DNA from: Ktedonobacterales bacterium
GTDB lineage: Bacteria; Chloroflexota; Ktedonobacteria; Ktedonobacterales; JADMIN01
DNA: 32,000 bases
NCBI GenBank assembly: GCA_030167145.1
Contig: CP126532.1
Location: 1,770,001-1,802,000 of the forward strand
Reading direction: 5' to 3'
Below are positions 1 through 9,217 of this stretch, piece by piece. Position 1 is the stretch's first letter. Every line of letters begins with the position of its first letter. The notes beneath the pieces are model-generated. The model saw only the letters and a program-made list of their open reading frames with translations, ran no database searches and was not told the DNA's origin. The position numbers were made by a program, and so were the translations under genes.

Positions 1-1098
1 GGGCATGCCCGGCGGGGGCGGTGGGGGTGGATTATAGACTGATGCGACCCACTTGCCCTGTCCAGGCGCCGAGGATTGCATGATCGGGCTGACCGTCGGA
101 TCAGCCGGTGCGCCAGTCAGCACATAGCCGCCACCAGTAACGACCCCGCCAGCCGGGCAAATTGCATCCGCCTCACCAACCTGGCTGGTATCAACGGCTA
201 TATCTTGGCTTGTGGCAAGCGTCTCGCCAACAGATGTGTTGGTAGAAGATTGCAGGCACGTCGCATTTGCGAACACAAACACTGACGGCGGTGTCACTGA
301 GCCAAACCCAAGCGACTGATTTTCCACGATGACAGTCCACACAGGCTGGCCACTACTATCCTGAACGCTAGGATAATTGGCAGTGAGCTGATAGTTGGCT
401 CCCTCATCATTGTTGATGTAATATCCACCACCAAGCATCTGCTCTCCCGGCTGGCAACTGATCTGTGAATTGCCGGTTTCGCCGCCATTGATCATCGTGC
501 CTGTAGCGACAGCGCGCCGTATCACTTTGCCAGTTGGGATAGGCGTCGGCGTCGGCGTGATCGTCGGGCTGGGTGTTGCGGTGAAAGTTGCGGTAGCTTC
601 CCCACGCGTAGTACGAGGAGGCCCAAACGATAGATGTGGCCCGAACGCCAGAACCGTCACCGTTGTCAGCAGCAAGAGGAAAGCCGCAATGCCAATCGCT
701 GTCGTCGCGCGGCGGGCTGGCGAACGCGGACGGACTGGAATACGGCGCGCATGGCGGTTGGTCACGGTGAAGGTCGCGCCGTCTATGCGCTCCTCAATCG
801 CGACTTTGAAATCCTGATCCACGTCGCGAGTCAGATAGCTGGGCTGGCCTGTCTCCGAGAAACGCCACTCCAGTGTAAGCTGCTTCCTCGGCTGACTCGT
901 TTGTCCCGTGCCAACGCTCACGTTCTCGCCTTCCGGCGCCACACCATAGGTGACGGTGCCGGTGTCGTCGGCTTGCCAGAAGACCAGGGAGTTCGGCTGA
1001 ATGGTTTCGGGTGGCTCGATAGTGTAGGCAACACCCGTATGAATGACACGCTGTAATGGGTCGCGCAGTTGGTTGTCAAGCTGGATTCTCGCCATCAT
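1..1098 (-). CDS. Hypothetical single-pass membrane protein; the C-terminus runs off the left window edge. The extracytoplasmic part carries two copies of a C-x-x-G-x4-GGGY module.
   Basis: Absent from the supplied ORF track because it is open to the edge. My manual reverse-complement translation from ATGATG (1098/1095, preceded by AGAGGAGG) is stop-free to nt 1 (366 codons): MMARIQLDNQLRDPLQRVIHTG... It has a hydrophobic helix AIGIAAFLLLLTTVTVLAF (~643-699) and a Pro/Thr linker TPSPTITPTPTP. The two modules are ISCQPGEQMLGGGYY (~418-462) and AICPAGGVVTGGGYV (121-165). Confidence 0.6.
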   Translation of the reverse strand, partial: MMARIQLDNQLRDPLQRVIHTGVAYTIEPPETIQPNSLVFWQADDTGTVTYGVAPEGENVSVGTGQTSQPRKQLTLEWRFSETGQPSYLTRDVDQDFKVAIEERIDGATFTVTNRHARRIPVRPRSPARRATTAIGIAAFLLLLTTVTVLAFGPHLSFGPPRTTRGEATATFTATPSPTITPTPTPIPTGKVIRRAVATGTMINGGETGNSQISCQPGEQMLGGGYYINNDEGANYQLTANYPSVQDSSGQPVWTVIVENQSLGFGSVTPPSVFVFANATCLQSSTNTSVGETLATSQDIAVDTSQVGEADAICPAGGVVTGGGYVLTGAPADPTVSPIMQSSAPGQGKWVASVYNPPPPPPPGMP

Positions 1099-1278
1099 CG
1101 CCTCCTCTTGCTGGCCGCACGCGCTAGCGGCAGCCTCGGCTCAGCGGAATACACGATACAGGCCGGTAGAATACCTGGGGCGCGGGGAAAAGTCCTGTGG
1201 CAGGCCACGCTGTATCTGGCTGCGTATCTGGCTACGGCATCCCCACCAGCAGGCTATACCTGGATAAGAACCAGGAAG

Positions 1279-1905
1279 CTAGCGATTCAGCAGGTGCTTG
1301 ACGAAATCGGAGATGATTGGGATGTTCACCCAGGTCGAGGCGGCGAAAAGCGCCGCTACCAGGGCAATCACGCCGGTCACGAACCCCACCACCCGGCGCG
1401 TGGCGTTCCGCATAGAACCCCATGCGCTACGCCGGCTGGGAATGGGCACGTAGCGCGAAACATCCTGCATCACCACCTGCATATCCCTGTTGAAATCAGG
1501 GTCCGGGCGCACAGGGCGGGCATTCTGAAAGACGATCTGGCGCAGGCTGGGAGGAAGTTCACCCACTTTCGGAATCAGCGCGCCCTGCACCATCACCGGA
1601 AGGATGGGAATGCGTTTGGCGATAGCAGTTTCCACTTCCAGCCGTACCATGTCGTTGGGGTCGTCCAGACGTCTGCGCCCTTGATAGTCGGTGATTGTCA
1701 CCCACTGTGGACCAATCACCACCAGCAGAACACTGCACTGCTTCAACGCACCCTCAATAGAGGTGCGAAAATCCGCTGCGCCTGGAATTGTGTCAAGGTC
1801 GCGAAAGACTTGCCGCACGCCAAAAACAGACTTCAGGTACTCATAGATGCGGTCGCAGGTTAGCTGGGAATCGTCGCGCCGGTAGGAAATGAAGATCCTG
1901 CTCAT
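1279..1905 (-). CDS. TIR-domain protein with a C-terminal transmembrane anchor
   Basis: ORF 1279..1962. The preferred start is the ATG at 1905, preceded by GGAGGTGG. The N-terminus MSRIFISYRRDD..., then ...VLLVVIGPQW... and ...RLEVETAIAKRIPILPV..., match the bacterial TIR (TIR_2-like) pattern. C-terminal hydrophobic helix VVGFVTGVIALVAALFAASTWV. Confidence 0.8.
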   Translation of the reverse strand: MSRIFISYRRDDSQLTCDRIYEYLKSVFGVRQVFRDLDTIPGAADFRTSIEGALKQCSVLLVVIGPQWVTITDYQGRRRLDDPNDMVRLEVETAIAKRIPILPVMVQGALIPKVGELPPSLRQIVFQNARPVRPDPDFNRDMQVVMQDVSRYVPIPSRRSAWGSMRNATRRVVGFVTGVIALVAALFAASTWVNIPIISDFVKHLLNR

Positions 1906-2099
1906 TGGCCACCTCCCCGAGCACGTGTCTCGTAGAGTGATATAACCAACTACTCGCTGCATTCGACTTCCCGTGAATATATGTCGAGATAAGGCTCTGC
2001 GTCAAGTTGAAAGTTCGCGGCGTGAACTATGGCACGATTCCATCATCTACATGCCAGTTACCCTGTGAGTAGTCTAGTGATCGCCCAGCCCGAAATAGT

Positions 2100-2133
2100 A
2101 CGAAAAAGCGGGCCGCGCTTGGCGCGGCCCGCT
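2100..2133 (-). terminator. Rho-independent terminator candidate downstream of the L,D-transpeptidase gene
   Basis: On the minus strand: AGCGGGCCGCGC-caa-GCGCGGCCCGCT, a perfect 12-bp GC stem (2107-2133) followed by TTTTTCG. It lies 34 nt after the stop at 2167. Confidence 0.6.
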
Positions 2134-2166
2134 CATACCTGCTCGTTCTTCTTAGTATAGCCCTGG

Positions 2167-2913
2167 CTACGGATCCACCCGCACCGGCGTCCCCACATTG
2201 ACCCACGTAATAAGCCAGTGCGCCGCGCTCGTCGGCATCTGCACACAGCCGTGGCTGCCCGTTTCGGACGCGCCTCCCGGCCCGATGTGCGGCACATTGG
2301 TGCCGGGTCCGAAGTCGCTGCGCCACCAGGCATTGTGCAGGAAGTAGCCGCCATCCGCAAAGAGCATCGCATAATCAATATAGGTTGGATAGTAGTAGTA
2401 GGGCGAGCCAGGCGGCCACGGCGAACGCATCGTGATCCCGTAGTCCTTCTCCATCACATGGAACAGACCCGTCGGCGTTGCCAGCTCTGGGCGGCCCGTC
2501 GTCACCGGCGTCGTGAAGACCACCTGGCCATCTTGATACGCCCATAGCCACTCGTGCGTCTCGCTGACCACGATATACTGTCCGCTCGACGGCACATTCC
2601 CTGGCGCGGCGGGAATCAGAAAGCTGCCGATGGTGCAATCGCACGTGCCGGGCTTCGCAACCGGACCAACCGGCGTAGCGCTCGGCGCGGAATTGCGCGT
2701 GTACAGGCTGGTCACGGGCAATTGCGCGCGATACTTCATCGCCCCCAGCGGATTCGAAGCCACGCTGGCGACCAGCGCGCCCGTAACGCTGACCAGCACG
2801 ACAAAGCTGAGCAGCGCCAGCAAAACAAACTTGCGCCCACGTCGCCGGGACTTCCGCGCGGCATCCGGCGCGGTCGCGGTTGGGGCTGTGTTCTCGCCGG
2901 ACGAGGACTCCAT
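2167..2913 (-). CDS. L,D-transpeptidase (YkuD domain) with an N-terminal TM anchor
   Basis: C-terminal ...GGYFLHNAWWRSDFGPGTNVPH...GSHGCVQMP carries the YkuD catalytic His/Cys motif. The start is moved to the ATG at 2913 (MESSSGENT..., RBS AAGGAGA). The 107 codons upstream in the track ORF overlap the neighbouring gene and look non-coding. TM helix FVLLALLSFVVLVSVTGALVASV. Confidence 0.85.
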   Translation of the reverse strand: MESSSGENTAPTATAPDAARKSRRRGRKFVLLALLSFVVLVSVTGALVASVASNPLGAMKYRAQLPVTSLYTRNSAPSATPVGPVAKPGTCDCTIGSFLIPAAPGNVPSSGQYIVVSETHEWLWAYQDGQVVFTTPVTTGRPELATPTGLFHVMEKDYGITMRSPWPPGSPYYYYPTYIDYAMLFADGGYFLHNAWWRSDFGPGTNVPHIGPGGASETGSHGCVQMPTSAAHWLITWVNVGTPVRVDP

Positions 2914-3152
2914 ACACGTCTCCTTGGCCGATATGATAGTGAGCAATCGCAATATAGCAGAATCGTGGCCGCGCCGCCACTGTGCAGACCTCACAAGACG
3001 GCCGGCAAAATAGCGTAGGATACGAAAGGTAGCTGTGCAAACTACCCTGCATGTGAGACGGTTTAGCGGCGGTGAGATAACGCTGCCATCACCCACACCG
3101 CCGCTTCTTCCTACCCCGCTATCATCCCATCCACCCCGCGAACTGCTCGCCG

Positions 3153-4013
3153 CTACACCGTGATCACCACCGTCGCGCCGATCTTGGCCCAGGAGTAGAG
3201 CCACTTGCTGGCGCTCGGCGTCACATTGACACAACCATGGCTGCCCGTCTCACGCGCCCCGCTCGGGGTCGTATGCGGCAGATTCGAGCCAGGGCCAAAG
3301 TTCTCACGCCACGCGGCATCATGGATGTAATAGCCGCCCGCGCGGAAGTACAGCGCGTAATTGATATGTTCCGGCGCGTAATAGTACGGCGAACCGTACG
3401 GCCAGGGGGAGTAGAATGTCGTATTCGCCCGTTTGGAGAGAATCTGATACGTCCCGCGCGGCGTCTGCAAGTATGGGCGTCCAGAGGTGATAGGCGTAGC
3501 GAAGACCAGCCGCCCATTCTCATACGCCCACAGCCATTGCTGCGCTTCACTCACCAGAATCACCTGACCAGCGACATGCGGCACACCGCTCGCGGGCGTG
3601 GGAACGACGAGGCCATGCCATACGCAGCGCGCCACGTAGCCGTTGTCGCTGATGGTGCGCCCCGGCTGGCGTGGATGCGCAATCTCTGCCGGGGTAAGCA
3701 TCTTCCGCGTGGCGGGCAGCGGCATACACCGCGATTTCGGGTCATCACGCAGGGCCAGCCGTGACGACGCGGCATCGCTGCCAGGAGCATCCACCGACAC
3801 GGCGAGCGCGTGAGGTTGCGATGGCCCACCATCGGTCTGGCTGGAACACGCGCTGCTGGTGAGACTCAAACAGCATACGAGCAGTGAGAAGGCCAGCAGG
3901 GGCAGGTTACGGCGCAACCACGCGCGATGCCATGCGCGCTGATGCTGGCCTTGCGAAAGAGATGGATGCCTCATTTGAAGCCGTGTGACCTCCATTTCCA
4001 TGAGCGCTTGCAT
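3153..4013 (-). CDS. L,D-transpeptidase (YkuD domain), paralog of the downstream gene
   Basis: ...GGYYIHDAAWRENFGPGSNLPH...GSHGCVNVT motif. Signal-like segment LPLLAFSLLVCCLSLTSSAC. The start is ambiguous among the Met codons between 3974 and 4013. Confidence 0.85.
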   Translation of the reverse strand: MQALMEMEVTRLQMRHPSLSQGQHQRAWHRAWLRRNLPLLAFSLLVCCLSLTSSACSSQTDGGPSQPHALAVSVDAPGSDAASSRLALRDDPKSRCMPLPATRKMLTPAEIAHPRQPGRTISDNGYVARCVWHGLVVPTPASGVPHVAGQVILVSEAQQWLWAYENGRLVFATPITSGRPYLQTPRGTYQILSKRANTTFYSPWPYGSPYYYAPEHINYALYFRAGGYYIHDAAWRENFGPGSNLPHTTPSGARETGSHGCVNVTPSASKWLYSWAKIGATVVITV

Positions 4014-4221
4014 GTAGCTGGCGGAAGCGAACTACCGCATAAATGCGCTCTTGTCTCTTGGACGATGGAGAATAACACATGGTGACACAGCAGACCAGTT
4101 GACACATGACGGCCAGCGTTCGCCCACCGGCAGCCCCAGAAATCGTCACCCAGCCTGGCCCAGCCCCTTGGTAGCGCGCCTACGGCCACCACGCCCCTGG
4201 CACAACCAGATCGCAACCTCC

Positions 4222-4626
4222 CTACCGATTCGCGGGCACTTCCTGCACTGCCCAGCCATTGCCATCGGGATCGCTGAAAAAGATGAACGAGTTCCACGGT
4301 TCGCCTCGCCCATCCACCGCGACCCCATCTGCAAAGTGCTGCACCGGGCTGACCTCCACGCCCCGTCCAACCAGTTCCGCCCGCGCCGCCTCGATATCCG
4401 TCACCACCAGTTGCAGACCCTGCAGCGACCCCGGAGCCATCGCCGTCAGACCCGTGCCGATGGTAACTGAACATGCCGAGCCGCGTGGCGTCATCTGCAC
4501 TACGCGAAATTTGTCGCTGATCCGGTTGTCCACATCCACGACGAAACCCATCTGTTCACTGTAGAAATGCTTCGCCCGATCCACGTCCGCAACGGGCAGA
4601 ACCACCACTTCGAGTTTCCAGTCCAT
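4222..4626 (-). CDS. VOC-family (glyoxalase/bleomycin-resistance/dioxygenase fold) protein
   Basis: 134 aa. MDWKLEVVVLPVADVDRAKHFYSEQMGFVVD... and ...FFSDPDGNGWAVQE are typical VOC beta-alpha-beta-beta-beta module signatures. Confidence 0.8.
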   Translation of the reverse strand: MDWKLEVVVLPVADVDRAKHFYSEQMGFVVDVDNRISDKFRVVQMTPRGSACSVTIGTGLTAMAPGSLQGLQLVVTDIEAARAELVGRGVEVSPVQHFADGVAVDGRGEPWNSFIFFSDPDGNGWAVQEVPANR

Positions 4627-4777
4627 AGCATCATCCTTTCGTGCTCGCCGTTTTCATGACGCATCATTCTTTCGTGACCCATAATTGGCGGCAAAGAGCG
4701 CACCACACACGCCAGGCGCGCCCTCCGCCGCGATGTATGTCAGCCTTGGCCAGCATGAGATCACTGTCCTGCCGCTT

Positions 4778-5272
4778 TTACTCCGCCTGCTTCAGCCGCG
4801 CGAGCAACGCATCCAGCTTCTCCATTCCCTCATTCACGCCGCTCTCCATGCCCGACTCCACCATCGCATCGCGGTCCTCCACCGACTGAAACACCGCATT
4901 CGTGCGCACCAGCGTTCTGCCGCCCTGTTCTTCGAGCGTCAGCGTCTCCAGCGACACATGCCCCGGCGCCCCCTCGAACTCGAAGGTCCGCACGATGCCA
5001 CCCGCTGCGGATGGCGTGCCATGGAAAACCCCGTGAAAGCCGTACTCGTTGCCCTCCGCATCGCGATGCGTGAAGCGCCACATGCCCCCATCGCGCACAT
5101 CCTGCCGCTCAATCGTCATCGTCAGCCGCCGCGGTCCCAGCCACTGCACCAACAACGCCGGATCGGTATACGCGCGATAGAGCAGCTCGCGCGGCGCATC
5201 GAACTCCCTGATAATCACGATCTGCGGCACCCCTGGTTCCGCAATGATCTGTGTCTTCGCCTTCGTCGTCAT
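4778..5272 (-). CDS. SRPBCC / AHSA1-like (Aha1 domain) protein
   Basis: Start at the ATG at 5272 (MTTKAKTQIIAEPG..., RBS GGAAAGGAA). ...IIREFDAPRELLYRAYTDPALLVQWLGP... is the usual AHSA1/SRPBCC N-terminal pattern. This is the classic partner located downstream of an ArsR gene. Confidence 0.8.
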   Translation of the reverse strand: MTTKAKTQIIAEPGVPQIVIIREFDAPRELLYRAYTDPALLVQWLGPRRLTMTIERQDVRDGGMWRFTHRDAEGNEYGFHGVFHGTPSAAGGIVRTFEFEGAPGHVSLETLTLEEQGGRTLVRTNAVFQSVEDRDAMVESGMESGVNEGMEKLDALLARLKQAE

Positions 5273-5330
5273 GCTGCGTTCCTTTCCGATACATGTGCCT
5301 CTGAACTGCCTCTGACATACCGCAATACGC

Positions 5331-5666
5331 TCACGTCGTGTGTTCATCCCGCAACGCCGCCAGCAACGAGTCGAGCCGGTCGTAGCTCTCGTCCCAATAC
5401 TCGCGATAGCGGGCCAACCACGTCGTCGCCTCCAACAACGGCTCCGCCTCCAGGTGGCTCAGGCGCGCCGTCGCCCGTCGGCTGCGCGAAATCAGCCCGG
5501 CCTCTTCCAGCACCTTCAGGTGCCGCGAGATCGCCGGCTGCGACACCGCAAACGGCGCAGCCAGCTCCGCCACCGTCGCATCGCCCTTGGTCAGCCGCGT
5601 CAGGATCGCCCGGCGCGTGGGATCGGCGAGCGCGCCAAACACCGCGCTAAGCTGGTCAACAGCCAT
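5331..5666 (-). CDS. ArsR/SmtB-family transcriptional regulator
   Basis: MAVDQLSAVFGALADPTRRAILTRLTKGDATVAELAAPFAVSQPAISRHLKVLEEAGLI is the canonical ArsR winged HTH. Start ATG at 5666, with GAGGTGG 7 nt upstream. Confidence 0.9.
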   Translation of the reverse strand: MAVDQLSAVFGALADPTRRAILTRLTKGDATVAELAAPFAVSQPAISRHLKVLEEAGLISRSRRATARLSHLEAEPLLEATTWLARYREYWDESYDRLDSLLAALRDEHTT

Positions 5667-5684
5667 TGATAACCACCTCATTTC

Positions 5685-5700
5685 ATAACATATATGTTAT
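5685..5700. promoter_or_regulatory. Perfect 16-bp palindrome; candidate ArsR operator
   Basis: ATAACATATATGTTAT is its own reverse complement. It sits in an AT-rich patch 19 nt upstream of the ArsR start codon. Confidence 0.45.
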
Positions 5701-5829
5701 ATACATGACCAACATTGTTCCGTCAAGTGCCAAACCATCCTCTACGCCGATATACGCAGATCTCCCCATTGCGCGTCGCATCCCTGCTCATTCCCGCTCA
5801 TCCCTGCTCATCACCGTGCTGCTCCCACG

Positions 5830-8472
5830 TCACTCACCCCGCGCATCCGTATCCGCGCTAGCGAACTGCCCCAGCAGCGGATCGTAGTAGCGCGCGTGAT
5901 CGTAGTCGAGGCCCGTCGTCGCATCCCCTTGCTGCCCGGTGAAGCCCTTCGCCGTCGGCATCGCCCCACTACTATAGCGCACACCCCCATACGGCGCATA
6001 CCGCGCGGTGGACGTGACGCTGCCACTCGTGCTGAGCGCCGCCGTGACACTCCCCAGCCCGTCTTGCGCCAGGTAGCTCAGCGTGCCCCCGGCGTTGACC
6101 ACCGTGCAGACGCCGGGCACGCTGTAGTACTTGGTCGTCGTCACCGTGCTGCCATTCGCGGCGATCTCTTCGAGGCCGCCCGCCAGATAGTACGTCCGCG
6201 TCGTCAGGCTGCTGGTGATGGTCTTCTGCTCCACCCGCTCGCCTGCGCCATCATACAACTCGTCGGCCTGGGTGGCGGGACTGCTCGGCGCATTCTGCCA
6301 GTGGGTCAGCCGCCGCTCAGCATCGTAGCTCAGTTGCGCCCCTGTTTGGGTGCCGGAGCACGTCGTGCCGCTGCTCGGCGCACGGCAGACCAGATCCCCC
6401 GCCGCATCGTAGCTGCCGCTGTAGCCGCCCGTGCTGGTCGCCGTCGCCGCATGCAGATGCGCTGGGTCACCATAGCTATAGCTGCCCTGCGTCGTGGTGC
6501 TCGTCAGCCGGTTCTGCGCGTCGTAGCTGAAGCTGCTGCTGTAATACGCCGCCGTCAGTGTCCCCGCCGCCAGCCCGCTGCCACACGACGGCGTGCCGCT
6601 GCTGCCCGCCCAGGTCAGCCGGTTCTGCGCATCATAGCAGAACGTCTGGTGGTCCTGGCCGGCGGGCAGCGTCGTGTAGGCGCTCGTCACGTTGCCCACC
6701 GCGTCGAAGCTGCGCGCCAGGGCGAATTCGGTCGTACTGCCCGCCAGCACGCTCAGGTTGGTGAGGCGCAGGTCGGTGTCATAGGTCGCGCTCCACGAGT
6801 ACGTGTTGTTGGCCAGGCTCGCCCCCGTCGGCTTGCCCGCCGCCCCCGCGCTGTTGGTATAGCTCAGGTTCAGCGCCAGATTGGCCGTCGGCGTCGTCGC
6901 GTTCTGCAGCCAGCCGTAGCTGGTGTAGCTATAGCCGAGCGTCTCGCCATCGGTATAGGTCACCGTCGTTGGCTGCCCGGCGTCGTTGTAGCCGTAGCCC
7001 ACGTTATAGGTCACCAGCTCGGTCGTCGTCTGCTTCAGCAGCGTCACCTGCCCCCGCGCATCGTAGCTGTAGCTGTACGCCCCGCTCAGCGGATCGCTCG
7101 CCGTCCCACCCGTGAAGCTCTCGCTGGTCAGCCGCCCTTTGCCCTGATTGCCGCTGGCGGTGCTGTCGTAGCCATAGGTCACATACGCCCCGCTGCCGCT
7201 ATTCGTGGTGTTGCGCCACAGCGGGCGGTTCTGCCCATCGTAGCCGATCCACACCATGCCGCCGCTGGGTCGCGGATCCTGCGTGGAGAGCAGGTTGCCG
7301 TTGGCGTCGTAGGTGTACGCCCAGCCGTTGCCCAGGTCGGCGTCGTTCAGCGTCAGCGCCCGCCCCAACAAGTCATAGGTGCTGCTGGTCTGCATGCTGG
7401 TCGAGAGGCCCGCGCCACCGGAGAGCGCCGGTCCCGTCACGCTGAGCGTATCGCCCAGCCAGTCGTATTTCGACGACGTGACCCCATACAAACTATACCC
7501 ACTGGCGCTCGTGCCCGTGAACGTCTCGACGTAGCGCGTATGGCCGAAGCCATCCACCAGTTGTGTGCGCTGGTGGCTGTTGGCGTCCACCACTGTCGTC
7601 GCCTCGTACCAGTTGGTATCGCCGACGTTCACCCCCTGTGGCTGCGCCTCGCTGTAGCTGGTGTTCGTCACATTGCCCAGCATATCACTCGCCGCAACCA
7701 CCCGCCCCAGCCCGTCGTAGCTCTGGCTGCTCAGCGGCTTGCTCAGATCCGGTCGGAAGTAGCGCGGCGCGCAATCCGCCTGGGTGTAGCCCACGAAATA
7801 CGGGTCGCTCTGATACTGCTGCCGCCCGCTGGCATCACAGGTGGTGTACTGCACCACGAAGGTGCAGGCCCCACCGCTGTAGTTCTGCGGCTTCACCGTC
7901 TCCACCGCCCGGCCCCAGCCGTCGTAATACGTCGCGCTGGTCACCGTCGTCGTGCCGGAGAGCCGCTGCGTCGCCAGCAGCGCGGTGCAGGGTTCGCTCG
8001 CCCCCGTCGTCGCGCAGGTCACCTGATAGCTATAGCTCGTCGTCGGACTGCTCAGCGTATCGCTGTAGCCCGGCTGCGCCGTCGCCGTCAGCCGCCCCAG
8101 CGCGTCATAGGCGTAGCTCGTCGTCTGGCCGTTGGCGTCGCTGCTGCTGGTCAGCCACGTGCCCCAGCCGTTGGTCGCGTCCGGGCTGTTGGGATTCGCG
8201 CCATCCGTCGTATAGTTGAAGCTGCTGCTCTCATCGGTCGTGCTCGTCAACGCCTGGGTGATCTGCGTCGGCAGCGCGGAGTACAGCCCATCAAACTGCG
8301 CGCAAGCCGTATAGGCCACCGAGGCAATTGTGCAATTGGTCGCGTCGGTGTGCTGGGTGTTGCCCGCCACCGCGTCGGCGTCGCGCACCCCCAGCAGATT
8401 GCCGTTGCTGTCATAGGTTCGCGTCGTGCTCACCTGCCCATCCTGCGCCAGATTGCCGAGCGTGCCGAGCAC
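5830..8472 (-). pseudogene. Rhs/YD-repeat core remnant, truncated at both ends (no N-terminal region, no toxin tip)
   Basis: 880 aa of YD repeats (YDxxGN/YDALGRL motifs). It is divergent from the main Rhs, not a copy. The frame opens just after a TGA (~8487) right behind the upstream gene; the track start is a GTG with no RBS. It ends ...ARYYDPLLGQFASADTDARGE*, about 25 codons short of the GGLNRYAYVGGNPE..DPxGH core end seen in the other copies. Confidence 0.65.
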
Positions 8473-8515
8473 GTTGCCGATGTTTCATCGGCTCCTCGTG
8501 CTGGTTCAGCGCGAC

Positions 8516-9112
8516 TTACCAAGAATCAAACCATGCGACAAGCCGCACTTTATCATCACCATAGCGCTCAGCAAGAAGCGCCATGATCTTGAAGAGGAGT
8601 GTCCATCCCGCAGTGAGTACGCTCTTTCGCGTTCGCGTGGCCTCCCAATAGACGCCAAAGTCTTTTTCCTTTTCTCGGTAATAATCTTCCCACTCTGCGC
8701 CGGGCACGCTTGTGCGCCTGCGCCGAATATGCCAGCGCTCTCCCTCATCGCTCCACTCTGTATACACATAAGCGGGATCACGACCCTCGTCGTGTTCCCA
8801 GTCAACGGTATATCTGATTGCTTTCTTTCCCTCTTCGGTCCAATTGATGGCTTGAATCTCGCTCCAGAGCATCCACGTCGGTGCTACAAGACCCCCTCCA
8901 GCTCTAAGTTCATCCCCATGAACATCATCAGACTCGTCGGCTGGTAAGCCTCGATTGGGATATGCCGGGGTAAAAGCGTCTTCATTGCGCACACCAAACA
9001 AACTACCGAACATGCCATATGTGCGCCCCACGAGAGGTCGGATACGGACAACCCCGCTCCAACGGCTTGGCAGGTCTTGCACCTCGATCCACCCGATGAT
9101 ATCCACACCCAT
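8516..9112 (-). CDS. Putative immunity protein for the upstream orphan Rhs-CT (no recognisable family)
   Basis: A 198-aa acidic/Trp-rich cytoplasmic-looking ORF, immediately downstream of the toxin ORF and on the same strand. It has its own GAGGAG upstream of the ATG at 9112. The assignment is positional only. Confidence 0.5.
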   Translation of the reverse strand: MGVDIIGWIEVQDLPSRWSGVVRIRPLVGRTYGMFGSLFGVRNEDAFTPAYPNRGLPADESDDVHGDELRAGGGLVAPTWMLWSEIQAINWTEEGKKAIRYTVDWEHDEGRDPAYVYTEWSDEGERWHIRRRRTSVPGAEWEDYYREKEKDFGVYWEATRTRKSVLTAGWTLLFKIMALLAERYGDDKVRLVAWFDSW

Positions 9113-9217
9113 GTCCTATCTTACTCCTCTACCCACAGGCCATATAGATATGGCATTCGTGATCAGGACTATTGACACATAGCTGCACCTATCTGGCCTC
9201 ATCAGCACGGCAAACTG

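Noticed and set aside
2914-3234. The N-terminal 107-codon extension of the 2167-3234 ORF
   Set aside because: It overlaps the 3' end of the upstream L,D-transpeptidase gene in another frame, and its composition is Gly/Arg-rich. An internal ATG at 2913 has a clear AAGGAGA RBS and gives a sensible TM-anchored protein.
5896-8586. An 896-aa plus-strand ORF, with similar long plus-strand ORFs at 16955-18172, 18647-19288 and 19544-20266, antisense to the Rhs genes
   Set aside because: The translations are Arg/Ala/Pro-rich and low in complexity, with no motifs. This is typical of antisense frames of high-GC coding DNA. The opposite strand encodes unmistakable YD repeats.
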